A DNA stretch of 64,000 bases, taken from positions 21,748-85,747 of the forward strand of contig CAYPIU010000003.1 of assembly GCA_964410915.1 (NCBI GenBank), in the 5' to 3' direction. The notes under the pieces are model-generated. The model searched no databases. It was given only the letters and a program-made list of their open reading frames with translations, and was not told where the DNA came from. Made by a program: the position numbers and the translations under genes. This document shows, one piece after another, positions 45,262 through 54,992 of the stretch. This DNA is from an uncultured Synergistales bacterium (GTDB lineage: Bacteria > Synergistota > Synergistia > Synergistales > JAFGMB01). How positions within the stretch are numbered: position 1 is the first letter of the stretch; each line of letters begins with the position of its first letter.

Positions 45262-46200
45262 TTAAACTTTCGGGATAAAAAGGTCTGAGGCCCCCTGAGG
45301 AGAAACCTTTACATCGGGTTCATTTTCCCTTATATGGCTGATGACCCACTCTGCCCATTTGACTTTTTTTCTCATAAGCTCCATGTGGCTTTCATCTGCT
45401 ACGAAGGGTGAATAGTAATTGGCTTCAGGTGCAGGTTCGAACTTAAGGAAACAGGGCGCATAGATCTTGGATACTTCAGGTGCGTCAAAGATCCTGTTCG
45501 CACCTCCGTATGATTCGAACGTCCATATATAAAAGTCGATGGGAATGTCAACTACTTTTCTGATGGATGCCATCTGGGGAAGTGATAGATCGGAAACAGG
45601 ATTGAAGGAGCTGACACCTATGTCCTGAGCAAGTTTTGCGCCACAGGCGGAGCTTACACCAGCCCATACGGAAAGCTTGATTGCGATATCAGTGGGGAAT
45701 TCTCCCATTTCCTGGAGTTTTTTCACCATGGCCATTACACCCCAGTCAACGAGCATGAAACCCCTGAAACCAAGGTCATACATGGCAAGCATATCAGCAA
45801 GTACTTTTCGGACTTCATCGGAACCGCGATGGTTCAGACCTCCACATTTTTTCCCATCTACCGTTATGTACTGACGGCCTGTATCCCAGGCATTCCTTGG
45901 TCCTGGAACAGCAATTACCTCCATTTTTTCTTCGGCTGCCATCTGGGCAAAATCTTTCAGTTCTGCTTTGTCAAAAAGGGTTCCTCCCTGGCAGAACGAG
46001 ATCAGTCTGTGCACAGGGACATCTCTTTTGCGCCTTTCATCAATGAGAGCTTCAAGAACTCTTGGCCCTTCAACTCCTGACATCTCTATACGATAGTGAC
46101 ATCCGTCAGGGAAAGCTTTACCGCTTTCGGGTCTTTCATAAAGGTCTCTTCCAGGGAATCCAGCTTTTTCCATCATTTCCGATACTCTGTCAAGTTTCAT
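45262..46200 (-). CDS. Conserved-looking protein of unknown function (possible TIM-barrel enzyme)
   Basis: 312 aa and soluble, with an AGGAGGGATC RBS. I recognise no diagnostic motif. There is a weak local resemblance (CQGGTLFDKAEL) to the GGTLFE segment of ComA/phosphosulfolactate-synthase-type barrels. Confidence 0.6.
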   Translation of the reverse strand: MKLDRVSEMMEKAGFPGRDLYERPESGKAFPDGCHYRIEMSGVEGPRVLEALIDERRKRDVPVHRLISFCQGGTLFDKAELKDFAQMAAEEKMEVIAVPGPRNAWDTGRQYITVDGKKCGGLNHRGSDEVRKVLADMLAMYDLGFRGFMLVDWGVMAMVKKLQEMGEFPTDIAIKLSVWAGVSSACGAKLAQDIGVSSFNPVSDLSLPQMASIRKVVDIPIDFYIWTFESYGGANRIFDAPEVSKIYAPCFLKFEPAPEANYYSPFVADESHMELMRKKVKWAEWVISHIRENEPDVKVSPQGASDLFIPKV

Positions 46201-46688
46201 CTCATGATCCCTCCTGATTGAAATTCAAATTCCTTGCTAATAAAGCATGGTTTGTTCGCATTAAAACAGGGAATGCACAATATCAAATTTCACTTAATAA
46301 AATACAATTTTACTATCTATATATTTTATCATAGAGCTTATCCTTGTCAATAAACCGATGATCTGGCTTGATATTATAATTGGATTGATAACACGTTAAA
46401 TTAAAGAGAAGAATTCGTCCTTATGCTGTCTTATATGTAATAAGGAATTTCGGGAGAGTCATGTCCATGTTAAGAAAAAGTGCCGGGAAATAGTCAGAAC
46501 TTTATGGTTCATAATAAATTATTCAGTTCTAATATAAATAATTGAGTTGTTGCAGGGAGCAGTGATGCTGTACGATCCGGGGATTTTCTTTAAAGAGGCT
46601 CCCCGGTTTTATCAGGACATAAAGAGAAACCTTTCCCAGGGTTTTAATTTTTAGCCTTCCATATTCAGGGCAATTACAATATCGAGTA

Positions 46689-47591
46689 TTATTTTTTATA
46701 CCAGAATCTTTTCTGATAAAAGAAGCTCTCTGCAGTATAGATCAAAAGTGCAGTCCAGATGCATAAAAAGGTCACTAACTGTAGCTGTTGAAAGGGTTCA
46801 TGGTAAAGGAATATTCCCAGGAAAAAGGTTATGGTAGGGGCAATATACTGAAGTATTCCTACTGTCAGCAGCTGTATCCTTTTTGCTCCGTAGACGAAGG
46901 ACATTAACGGTACTGATGTTGCTATACCAGTACCCACAAGGAGCAGAGATGTTCTGATATCTGAAATGCCGAAAGAACCTGTTCCGCTTGAACCCCATAT
47001 TGAAACAAGGATCAATGCAGGTATAGAAAGAATGGCGGTTTCGATAAGAAGTCCTGTAAGGGGATCAACATCTGCTTTTTTTCTCAGTAAGCCGTATGTG
47101 GCAAAGGTTATAGCTATTCCCAGAGATGCAAATGGTACATTGCCATATTTTACAATTCGGAAAAATATTCCTCCTGCAGCTATTGATATCGCCAGCCATT
47201 GCATTTTTCGAGGTCTTTCCCGAAAAAAAATGTAACCGAAGAGAACAAGAACGAGTGGATTTATATAATATCCGAGACTTGCCTCAAGAACACGATCAGT
47301 ATTTACAGCCCAGATATAGATAAGCCAGTTGCAGCCTACTATTACACCCGATAAAAGAAGGATCTTCATAGTCTCACGGTCATGTAGTGTAGCCATGACC
47401 CTGTTCCATCTTCTGGTTAGAGATATTGTTAATACAAGGAAAATTACTGACCATATTATCCTGTGACAAATTATTTCAAAGGGGGGTACGCTTTCAAGAA
47501 GTTTCCAGTAAACAGGCAGAAATCCCCACAGGATAAAAGTTGACAGGGCTGCAAAAAATCCTTTTTGAGATTCTATTTCAGATCCAGACAT
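46689..47591 (-). CDS. rarD: EamA/RarD-family (DMT superfamily) transporter
   Basis: The N-terminus KGFFAALSTFILWGFLPVYWK is typical of RarD, and the protein has 10 TM segments. The start was trimmed to the ATG at 47591, which removes the overlap with treZ. Confidence 0.8.
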   Translation of the reverse strand: MSGSEIESQKGFFAALSTFILWGFLPVYWKLLESVPPFEIICHRIIWSVIFLVLTISLTRRWNRVMATLHDRETMKILLLSGVIVGCNWLIYIWAVNTDRVLEASLGYYINPLVLVLFGYIFFRERPRKMQWLAISIAAGGIFFRIVKYGNVPFASLGIAITFATYGLLRKKADVDPLTGLLIETAILSIPALILVSIWGSSGTGSFGISDIRTSLLLVGTGIATSVPLMSFVYGAKRIQLLTVGILQYIAPTITFFLGIFLYHEPFQQLQLVTFLCIWTALLIYTAESFFYQKRFWYKK

Positions 47592-47686
47592 TTTGAACCC
47601 CTCCAGCAAAAACTGATACAGCAGAAAAACCAATTGTACAGTACGAAGGGAGTAACTGAAAGTCTTTTGTTTAAACAGGGAACTTT

Positions 47687-49429
47687 TTAGAGTCCTGTTC
47701 TTATTACAGCTGTACACAGAGGAGGAAGCAAAATACTATTCTCCTGCATTCGGGTACCCTTAACGGATTCCAGAATAATTTTTGATCCGGAGTAAATGCC
47801 AGGTACGTTGATAAGGCTCCTGGTTTTTGAAAAATTGCATGTGGTAATAATATACTTCCGTTTTATGAGGATCCATTTTTTCCCCTCGCTGAATTCAACC
47901 TTTATGTTTTCCCTGTTGCCATCAAGCAGACAGGGGTTGTCTTTTCTGATCTTAATGAGGTTCCTGTACCAGGAAAGCATCTTTGAATGTAAGCCCTGGT
48001 CTTTTTCATTCCAGTTAAGCTTAGACCTGCAGAAGGTATCTTTTGCCCCTGGATCGGGAATATCTTTTTCGATCTCACTGAAGGAAGAGAACTCGCTTTT
48101 TCTTCCTTTCCGTACCATTTCAGCCAGTTCTTCATCACTAAAATCAGTGAAATAACAGAACGGAGATGATGCTGCCCATTCCTCCCCCTGGAATATCATC
48201 GGAAGAAAAGGGGAGGTGAAGACAAGGGCAGCCGCTGACATCTGAAGCCTTGGATCACACAGGTGACCGATACGTTCTCCAAAAGCTCTATTCCCAACCT
48301 GGTCGTGATTCTGGAGGCTTGCGACAAAGCTATAGCCGGGAAGTCCGGAAGGGGGTCTTCCATGTTTCCGTTTTCTGAAATGTGAGTAGGTTCCGTCGAA
48401 GACAAAACTGTTTTTCAGGGCCTTTGCAACCTGGGAAACTTTGCCGAAATCGGAGTAGTAATCCTGTCTTTCTCCCGTGATCAGTGCATGGAGGGAATGA
48501 TGAAGATCATCGCTCCATTGGGCATCTATGCCATATCCCCCCCTGTCGGAGGAGCGGATTATTCCCGGGTCGTTAAGATCACTCTCGGCTATGAGAAAAT
48601 GCCTTTGCCCGGAAGTGACCTCGAGCCTTTTTACATTTTCGGCCAGTTCTTCGAGAAAGTGGGTTGCCGACATGTCAACGAAGGCATGTACTGCGTCAAG
48701 CCTTAATCCGTCAACGTGGTAATCCTGAAGCCACATAAGGGCGTTTTCAATAAAAAAGGATCTTACACCGTCAGAGAACGGTCCGTCGAGGTTTACACCT
48801 TCTCCCCAGGGAGAAGAGTATTTGTCCGAAAAATAGGGAGCGAATTTCCCGAGATAGTTTCCCTCAGGCCCAAGGTGGTTGTAGACCACGTCCAGGATAA
48901 CTGCAAGTCCCCTGCTGTGGCACTGGTCAACCAGTTCCTTGAATTTTTGCGGTCCCCCGTAGGGTTCGTGGGGGGCATATAGTCCTACTCCGTCGTATCC
49001 CCAGCCCCATTGTCCTGGGAAGGAATTTACCGGCATTATCTCTAAATGTGTTATCCCTGTTTCTGCAAGGTAGTCCAGGCACTTAACAGCCCCTTCGAAA
49101 GTTCCTTCAGGTGAAAAAGTCCCGATGTGCATCTCGTAGATCACAGCAGATCCCAGGGGTGGACACTGCCAGCTGGAGTCCGTCCACTGGAAAAGGGAAT
49201 GGTCCAGATAACGGGAAGGACTATGAACTCCTTCCGGCTGCCAGCATGATGCGGGGTCAGGGAAGAAATCCATTCCGTTTACAGAAAATCTGTAGGATGT
49301 TCCGTGTTCTGCAATTTCAGATGGAGTTTCCCACAATCCGCCCTCGGCCTGGATCATCTTGAACTTCTGTCCATCCACCATTGCGAAGACCTGTTCAGCC
49401 TCAGGGGCCCATAGTCTCAATTTATCCAT
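47687..49429 (-). CDS. treZ: Malto-oligosyltrehalose trehalohydrolase (GH13)
   Basis: Contains GLRLDAVHAF, LIAESDLND and LQNHDQVGNR. The preferred ATG at 49429 lies 8 nt after GGAGGAGG; the track start is 49447. Confidence 0.9.
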   Translation of the reverse strand: MDKLRLWAPEAEQVFAMVDGQKFKMIQAEGGLWETPSEIAEHGTSYRFSVNGMDFFPDPASCWQPEGVHSPSRYLDHSLFQWTDSSWQCPPLGSAVIYEMHIGTFSPEGTFEGAVKCLDYLAETGITHLEIMPVNSFPGQWGWGYDGVGLYAPHEPYGGPQKFKELVDQCHSRGLAVILDVVYNHLGPEGNYLGKFAPYFSDKYSSPWGEGVNLDGPFSDGVRSFFIENALMWLQDYHVDGLRLDAVHAFVDMSATHFLEELAENVKRLEVTSGQRHFLIAESDLNDPGIIRSSDRGGYGIDAQWSDDLHHSLHALITGERQDYYSDFGKVSQVAKALKNSFVFDGTYSHFRKRKHGRPPSGLPGYSFVASLQNHDQVGNRAFGERIGHLCDPRLQMSAAALVFTSPFLPMIFQGEEWAASSPFCYFTDFSDEELAEMVRKGRKSEFSSFSEIEKDIPDPGAKDTFCRSKLNWNEKDQGLHSKMLSWYRNLIKIRKDNPCLLDGNRENIKVEFSEGKKWILIKRKYIITTCNFSKTRSLINVPGIYSGSKIILESVKGTRMQENSILLPPLCTAVIRTGL

Positions 49430-49450
49430 AAATAATGCCTCCTCCATAAC

Positions 49451-52102
49451 TTAATCCCTGTAAAGAAGGGAAAGGGGGAATTTTTCAACGAGATCTTCCG
49501 TTTTCTGCCATCCGCCTTCGATATTATCCCCGGTGAAAAGGTTAGTCCATTTCCCGGAGGGCAGACAGATCTCCTCTTCATTCGTTTGTGTCTCTAACTT
49601 TCCTTGGATTTGAGGAATTACCACCGCAAGCCTTTTCCCCCGGGTAAAAGCTGCCAGCCTTGAAGAGCCAGGCCCCTTTGCCCTAAGAGGAGAATAGTTT
49701 GACGGAGTGTTAAAGATCTCCCGGTGATCTTTTCTGAAATTGAGGCATTTGTTTATGATCCAGAGCTTGGTAAATCCTGATCCCAATTTCTTAAGAGCTT
49801 GTTCCCAGGAGGACTGTTCAGCCTCGGCGAGAAGTTTTGCCCTCTTTTCGTAGTCAATTGGTCTTCGGTTATCAGGATCAACAAGGCTAAGATCCCAGAG
49901 CTCTGTGCCCTGGTATATGTCCGGTACGCCAGGTGCTGTCATGAGCAGCAGGGTCTGGGCAAGGGATTTGTGCCATGCTGCGGGACTTATCAGCTCGACA
50001 AATTCGTCGATGTCTCTGCAGATCTCTTCGTCAGAAAGGATCTTGTCAGCAAATTCAAAGAGGGTCTTTTCATATTTATCGTTCGGATTCAGCCATGAAG
50101 TGAATTCCTTGTTTTCCCTTGCAGCTTTTTCCAGGTAGGCTATCAGCCTGTCCCTTGCTATGGGCCACGCTCCGATAAGGGTCTGAAAGATAAAGTACTC
50201 CATGTTACGGTCGGGCATTTCCCCGACTCTGTATCTTTCGGCACTTTCCATCCAATTTACTACAGCAGATGACCACTCATCTGTGTATTCGGAAATTGCT
50301 GCCAGCCTGCATCTTACGTCGGAGCTTCTCTTTGTGTCGTGTGTATTCAGGGATATCATGGTGTGAGGACATAAGGAAGACAGTTCTGACATGAATTTAT
50401 GAAGAGCATCTGTGCTGATACCGAAGGAGCCGGGGTTGCCCCCGACCTCGTTGAGCCCGATAAGGCGATTGTAGCAGTAAAATGCGGTATCCTCGGCACC
50501 TTTTGCCATTACGGGTCCTGTTAACTGCTGGAACCGGTATATGAAATCTCTTTCCTTTTCTCCTTTGACCTTCAGGGAGAAAATATTTCCAATAAAATCA
50601 AGCAATATTCGATCAAGATGTGGATATATGCTGTATGTTTTTTCGATGGAACTGGTTATTGTCTCAAGGTCGATTTCAGAAGGCTGATCCTGGTCCGGTG
50701 ATATATAGGTTCTGTAAACGTCCAGGCAAGTGGCAAGTGATTTTAGGGTATCTTCAAGCTCTTGCCTTGTGTAGTCCCTGAAGTGCCGGTTCAGTGAGCA
50801 GATATCAGCCAGCATTGAAACAAGCCGGTTCATGTCGCTTGCAAAGAGTTCATCTATAACCAGCCTTTTCTTTTCGAGAAGCACATCTGCAAAGCTTTTT
50901 CCCCGTCCTGTGAGGTCCCCGTAAAGTTCGGTAAGTTTTTCCCCGGAAGCCGGATTTATCGTAACCTGGTTTACGATGTTCATGAAGTTGTAGCCAGTAG
51001 TGCCTTCGATAGGCCAGTCCTGTCTAACTGTTTCGCCGGGATGAAGTATCTTTTCGCCAACTATCCAGCAGTCAGGACAGTTTTCCCGAAGTCTCTGGAA
51101 GTATCCGGCAGGATCCTTGAGCCCATCAGGATGGTCAACCCTGAGTCCATCAATTTTTCCATCCCTTGCCCATTCAAGAATTTTTGAATGGGCATCCCTG
51201 AAGACTTGTTTATCCTCAACACAAAGGCCGACAAGGCTGTTTATGTCGAAAAATCTCCTGTAGGCCATGTCCTCCCGTGACTTTCTCCAGAAAGCGAGCC
51301 GGTAGTTCTGTCTTTCAAGAAGTTCATCAAGGGTCTGCGGATCAGAGTTGATCTCATCAAGTATATCTTTAAGCCTGTCCTTTATTTCCGACTCTTTGCT
51401 GCAGATATTCCTGAACATCTCGAATATTACTTCCCTGTTGCGATGTCTCTGAAGGCTTTCCTTTCGGTTCGTGGTGGATGGAAGGGGAAGGGAGTCAAGA
51501 GCATCTGCAAGGAAAAGCAGTTCAGATGATCCGGTTTCACCCCCTGTCTTTCTGATTATCCCCGCCAGCGAGCGTGGAGCAGCTGGGAAGATATGGTCCC
51601 GGTAAATAAAGAGAAAATGTCCGTTTTTGTACTCAAGAGAGATCAGACCTGCATCAAGGATCTTTCCATAATGATCTTCCAGCACGGGAAGAAGTACCCG
51701 ATTGGCCGGGGCGGTCTGGTCGCCCTCCCAGTCAACGTCAAAATAGGATGCATACCTGCTGGAAGGACCATTTTCGAGAACATCTCTCCACCAGATATTT
51801 CCCGGAAGGGATATGGCCATGTGATTGGGGACAATGTCCAGGATCTGTCCAAGTTCGTGTTTTCCCAGTTCTGAACAGAGTTTGTCATGCCCTTCCTCTC
51901 CGCCAAGTTCAATATTTACAGAGGTTGGGTCCACTACATCGTAGCCGTGGGTACTTCCTTTCACAGCCTGGAGATAGGGCGACGCGTAGAGGTGACTTGT
52001 TCCCAGCTTACGTAGGTACGACAGGATCTTAATGGCATCGTAAAAAGTGAATTCCCGGTGTAACTGTACTCTGTATGTAGAATCAGGAATCTTCTGAGCC
52101 AT
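49451..52102 (-). CDS. treY: Malto-oligosyltrehalose synthase (GH13)
   Basis: Contains STYRVQLHREFTF, YASPYLQA..GSTHGYDV, GLRVDHPDGL, GTTGYNF and NTHDTKRS. The start was trimmed to ATG 52102 (MAQKIPDSTYRVQL). Confidence 0.9.
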   Translation of the reverse strand: MAQKIPDSTYRVQLHREFTFYDAIKILSYLRKLGTSHLYASPYLQAVKGSTHGYDVVDPTSVNIELGGEEGHDKLCSELGKHELGQILDIVPNHMAISLPGNIWWRDVLENGPSSRYASYFDVDWEGDQTAPANRVLLPVLEDHYGKILDAGLISLEYKNGHFLFIYRDHIFPAAPRSLAGIIRKTGGETGSSELLFLADALDSLPLPSTTNRKESLQRHRNREVIFEMFRNICSKESEIKDRLKDILDEINSDPQTLDELLERQNYRLAFWRKSREDMAYRRFFDINSLVGLCVEDKQVFRDAHSKILEWARDGKIDGLRVDHPDGLKDPAGYFQRLRENCPDCWIVGEKILHPGETVRQDWPIEGTTGYNFMNIVNQVTINPASGEKLTELYGDLTGRGKSFADVLLEKKRLVIDELFASDMNRLVSMLADICSLNRHFRDYTRQELEDTLKSLATCLDVYRTYISPDQDQPSEIDLETITSSIEKTYSIYPHLDRILLDFIGNIFSLKVKGEKERDFIYRFQQLTGPVMAKGAEDTAFYCYNRLIGLNEVGGNPGSFGISTDALHKFMSELSSLCPHTMISLNTHDTKRSSDVRCRLAAISEYTDEWSSAVVNWMESAERYRVGEMPDRNMEYFIFQTLIGAWPIARDRLIAYLEKAARENKEFTSWLNPNDKYEKTLFEFADKILSDEEICRDIDEFVELISPAAWHKSLAQTLLLMTAPGVPDIYQGTELWDLSLVDPDNRRPIDYEKRAKLLAEAEQSSWEQALKKLGSGFTKLWIINKCLNFRKDHREIFNTPSNYSPLRAKGPGSSRLAAFTRGKRLAVVIPQIQGKLETQTNEEEICLPSGKWTNLFTGDNIEGGWQKTEDLVEKFPLSLLYRD

Positions 52103-54209
52103 TTTCGGCTTCCTTTTCTGCCAGAATAAAGGTCCTTCCTTCAACGGCAAGAACAGTACCTGCTTCCCTGATCTCGTCTTCTTCTTTGAACCCCCCGAAA
52201 GAAGTGTCGAGAACAATTTTCCACTTTTCAGCCCATTCTGGTCCGGGTAATGTGAAGTCAACAGTTTCGTGATAGGCGTTTACAAGTATCAGAAAGGAAT
52301 TATCCTCAATTATATTGCCTCTTGGGCTCCTGCCCGGAATGGCTTTACCGTTCATAAAGATCATTATGCACTTTGCAAAACCCTCCATCCAGTTGTCCTC
52401 TGTCATATGATGTCCTCCCGGCGAGAACCATGCAATATCATGGAGTTCACTTCCGTTGATGGAACGGCCCTGGAACCATTTCTGCCGAGTGAATATCGGG
52501 TGTTTCCAGCGTAGATCCACAAGCCTTTTGGTAAATTCCAGGAGACTTCCATCCATGTTCTCCCAGTCGAACCAGGATATTTTACTGTCCTGGCAATAAG
52601 CGTTGTTATTTCCCTGCTGGGTTCTGCCGAATTCGTCTCCTCCGAGCAACATTGGGACCCCTTGTGAAAGAAGCAGGGTGGACAGGAAGTTTCTCTTCTG
52701 TCTGTCTCTCAGTTTTTTTACATCCTGATCGTCTGTCGGTCCTTCAGCTCCGCAGTTCCAGGATCTATTGTCTTCTGCCCCGTCCTTGTTATCTTCTCCA
52801 TTCGCCTCATTATGTTTTTCGTTATAGGAGACCAGGTCGTTAATTGTAAATCCGTCATGGGCTGTTATAAAATTAATGCTGGCGAAGGGACGCCTTGCGT
52901 TGTTTTCATAAAGGTCGGAACTTCCTGTAAAACGGTAAGCAAATTCCCCAAGGGTCTGATCCTGACCACGCCAGAAATCTCTTACACAGTCCCTGTATTT
53001 TCCGTTCCACTCGGACCACAGTGGAGGGAAATTACCTACCTGGTAACCTCCTTCCCCAACGTCCCAGGGTTCTGCAATCAGCTTGACCTGGTTTATGACA
53101 GGATCCTGCTGGACAAGGTCAAAGAAGGAGGAGAGCCTGTCGACGTCGTGGAGTTCTCGAGCAAGGGTGGAGGCCAGGTCAAATCGAAAACCGTCTACGT
53201 GCATTTCCGTGACCCAGTACCTTAATGAGTCCATGATCATCTGGAGTACGTGGGGGTTTCTCATGTTAAGGGAGTTGCCTGTTCCCGTGTAATCCATGTA
53301 GTACTTTGGATCATCTGCCATTAACCTGTAATATGCTGTGTTGTCTATACCACGAAAGGAAAGGGTAGGCCCAAGGTGGTTTCCTTCGGCAGTATGGTTG
53401 TAGACCACGTCCAGAATGACTTCTATTCCTGCTTTGTGGAGGTGCTTGACCATCTGCTTGAATTCCTGTACCTGGCCTCCCTTCTGGCCTATTCCCGAGT
53501 ATTCGTTATGGGGGGCAAGGTAGCTTATGGAATTATATCCCCAGTAGTTGCGAAGTCCCTTTTCAATAAGGTAAGAGTCATGGACGAACTGATGAACAGG
53601 CAAAAGCTCGACTGCTGTTATTCCCAGGTCATTGAAATATTCTATTGCAAAGGGATGACTGAGCGCAGAGTATGTTCCTCTTACTTCTTCCGGAATAGAA
53701 GGGCATGCGGCGGAGAAGCCCTTTACGTGAACCTCGTAAATAAGGCTTTCGTTGAGGGGTTTTTCCAGAGGCCTGTCGTTCTCCCAGTCAAAGAACGGGT
53801 TTATCACTATGCTCTTTGGAACAAAGGCAGAGCTGTCCAGCTCGCTTATATCGTTTTCGTTCCCTTTTAAGTGATAGGAAAACACAGCCTCGTTCCACGT
53901 TACTTCTCCTTCCACGGCCTTGGCATATGGATCAAGAAGCAGTTTTGAAGGATTGCACCTGTATCCTTTAGAAGGATCCCATGGACCATGAACCCGGTAT
54001 CCATAGCGTTGTCCAGGACCAATGTCTGGTGCATAACCATGCCAGCATAGAGCGTTAAGCTCAGGAAGATCTACTCTTGTTTCATTGTTCTGATCATCAA
54101 AAAGGCAAAGTTCAATCCTTTCAGCAACTTCTGAAAAAAGGGAAAAATTTGTTCCCATCCCGTCATATGTGGCACCCAGAGGATAAGGTTTGCCCGGCCA
54201 TAATTTCAT
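52083..54209 (-). CDS. treX: Glycogen debranching enzyme GlgX/TreX (GH13)
   Basis: Contains PYPLGATYDGMGTNFSLFS, ILDVVYNHTAEG, DGFRFDLAS, LIAEPWD and ITAHDGFT. Confidence 0.92.
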   Translation of the reverse strand: MKLWPGKPYPLGATYDGMGTNFSLFSEVAERIELCLFDDQNNETRVDLPELNALCWHGYAPDIGPGQRYGYRVHGPWDPSKGYRCNPSKLLLDPYAKAVEGEVTWNEAVFSYHLKGNENDISELDSSAFVPKSIVINPFFDWENDRPLEKPLNESLIYEVHVKGFSAACPSIPEEVRGTYSALSHPFAIEYFNDLGITAVELLPVHQFVHDSYLIEKGLRNYWGYNSISYLAPHNEYSGIGQKGGQVQEFKQMVKHLHKAGIEVILDVVYNHTAEGNHLGPTLSFRGIDNTAYYRLMADDPKYYMDYTGTGNSLNMRNPHVLQMIMDSLRYWVTEMHVDGFRFDLASTLARELHDVDRLSSFFDLVQQDPVINQVKLIAEPWDVGEGGYQVGNFPPLWSEWNGKYRDCVRDFWRGQDQTLGEFAYRFTGSSDLYENNARRPFASINFITAHDGFTINDLVSYNEKHNEANGEDNKDGAEDNRSWNCGAEGPTDDQDVKKLRDRQKRNFLSTLLLSQGVPMLLGGDEFGRTQQGNNNAYCQDSKISWFDWENMDGSLLEFTKRLVDLRWKHPIFTRQKWFQGRSINGSELHDIAWFSPGGHHMTEDNWMEGFAKCIMIFMNGKAIPGRSPRGNIIEDNSFLILVNAYHETVDFTLPGPEWAEKWKIVLDTSFGGFKEEDEIREAGTVLAVEGRTFILAEKEAENGSEDS

Positions 54210-54415
54210 GATATAACCTCCACTGTACTATCAGGTTAATAATATGATACATCATTATAGTCTTTAAAAACAATTGTTGCTTTTCTGGAAGGGTATAATG
54301 ATTAAAGTTAGACTGGTATTATGTGTATGAATTTTATAATTTAAGAATTCTGGTCAGGTTTTGGGAAAATATCTTTAAATGGTTGGTGATAAAAGTGATC
54401 GTTAGAGAAGAGGAT

Positions 54416-54745
54416 ATGAAAAAAGTCTGCAGGTCAGAGATGCGCGGAGGTAAGGGTGAGGTTTCCCTGGGTTTTTCTCTTGATGGGGAAACCCAGATCG
54501 AGGGAAGTTCCTTTAATATGGTAGCAACAGTAAATCTTGATCCCGGTTCCTCCATTGGATACCATATTCATGAAAATGATGAGGAAATGTATCAGATCCT
54601 TTCCGGTTATGGTCTTTACAGTGATAACGGAAGAGATGTAGAGATCAAGCGGGGAGATGTTATGGTATGCCCCAGAGGAGAGGGACACTCAATTGCCAAT
54701 ACGGGGAAAGATCCACTGATCTTCATTGCAGTTATTGCGGGCTGA
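54416..54745 (+). CDS. Cupin-domain protein
   Basis: Contains GYHIHENDEEMYQILSG and GDVMVCPRGEGHSIANTG. The start was trimmed to the ATG at 54416. Confidence 0.7.
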   Translation: MKKVCRSEMRGGKGEVSLGFSLDGETQIEGSSFNMVATVNLDPGSSIGYHIHENDEEMYQILSGYGLYSDNGRDVEIKRGDVMVCPRGEGHSIANTGKDPLIFIAVIAG

Positions 54746-54838
54746 CCTGCAACAAAAATCCCTGTAACTGCGATCTGTTTATTTCATCAGGAGCGGCATT
54801 CCGTTGAACATAGAACATACGCAGATATTAAAAAATAT

Positions 54839-54880
54839 AAAAACGGGGTTTTCCTGAGGATAAAAGGAAACCCCGTTTTT
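54839..54880. terminator. Hairpin terminator after the cupin gene
   Basis: aaaaacggggttttcc-(loop)-ggaaaccccgttttt, with A- and T-runs on both sides. Confidence 0.7.
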
Positions 54881-54899
54881 ATATTTCTTTCTTTACATT

Positions 54900-54959
54900 T
54901 CTTAACATTACTGAACCTCATCTTAACATCTTGCGATATATACTTCTTCTGGAATTAAT
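54900..54959 (+). promoter_or_regulatory. Direct repeats TCTTAACAT x2 (21-bp phasing) abutting a candidate sigma70-type promoter of the efflux operon
   Basis: TCTTAACAT occurs at 54900-54908 and 54921-54929. TTGCGA (54931-54936), 17 nt, then ATTAAT (54954-54959) follow. The operon ATG is at 54993. Confidence 0.3.
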
Positions 54960-54992
54960 ACCTGCAAATACTGTTTTGCCAGGAGGTTCACC

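Noticed and set aside
46565-46654. A 29-codon ORF (MLYDPGIFFKEAPRFYQDIKRNLSQGFNF) with a GGGAG upstream and an internal ccgggga/tccccgg hairpin followed by TTTTAT.
   Set aside because: It is too short, I recognise no homology, and the hairpin lies inside the ORF. It may simply be the rarD-side spacer structure and is not supportable as a gene.
52103-52261. A 53-codon N-terminal extension of treY, with similar upstream extensions of the rarD, buk1, amidase, DTD2-like, YitT, cupin and aminotransferase IV ORFs.
   Set aside because: The extensions overlap the preceding gene or lack an RBS. The internal ATGs have good Shine-Dalgarno spacing and begin at the conserved N-terminal motifs of the families.
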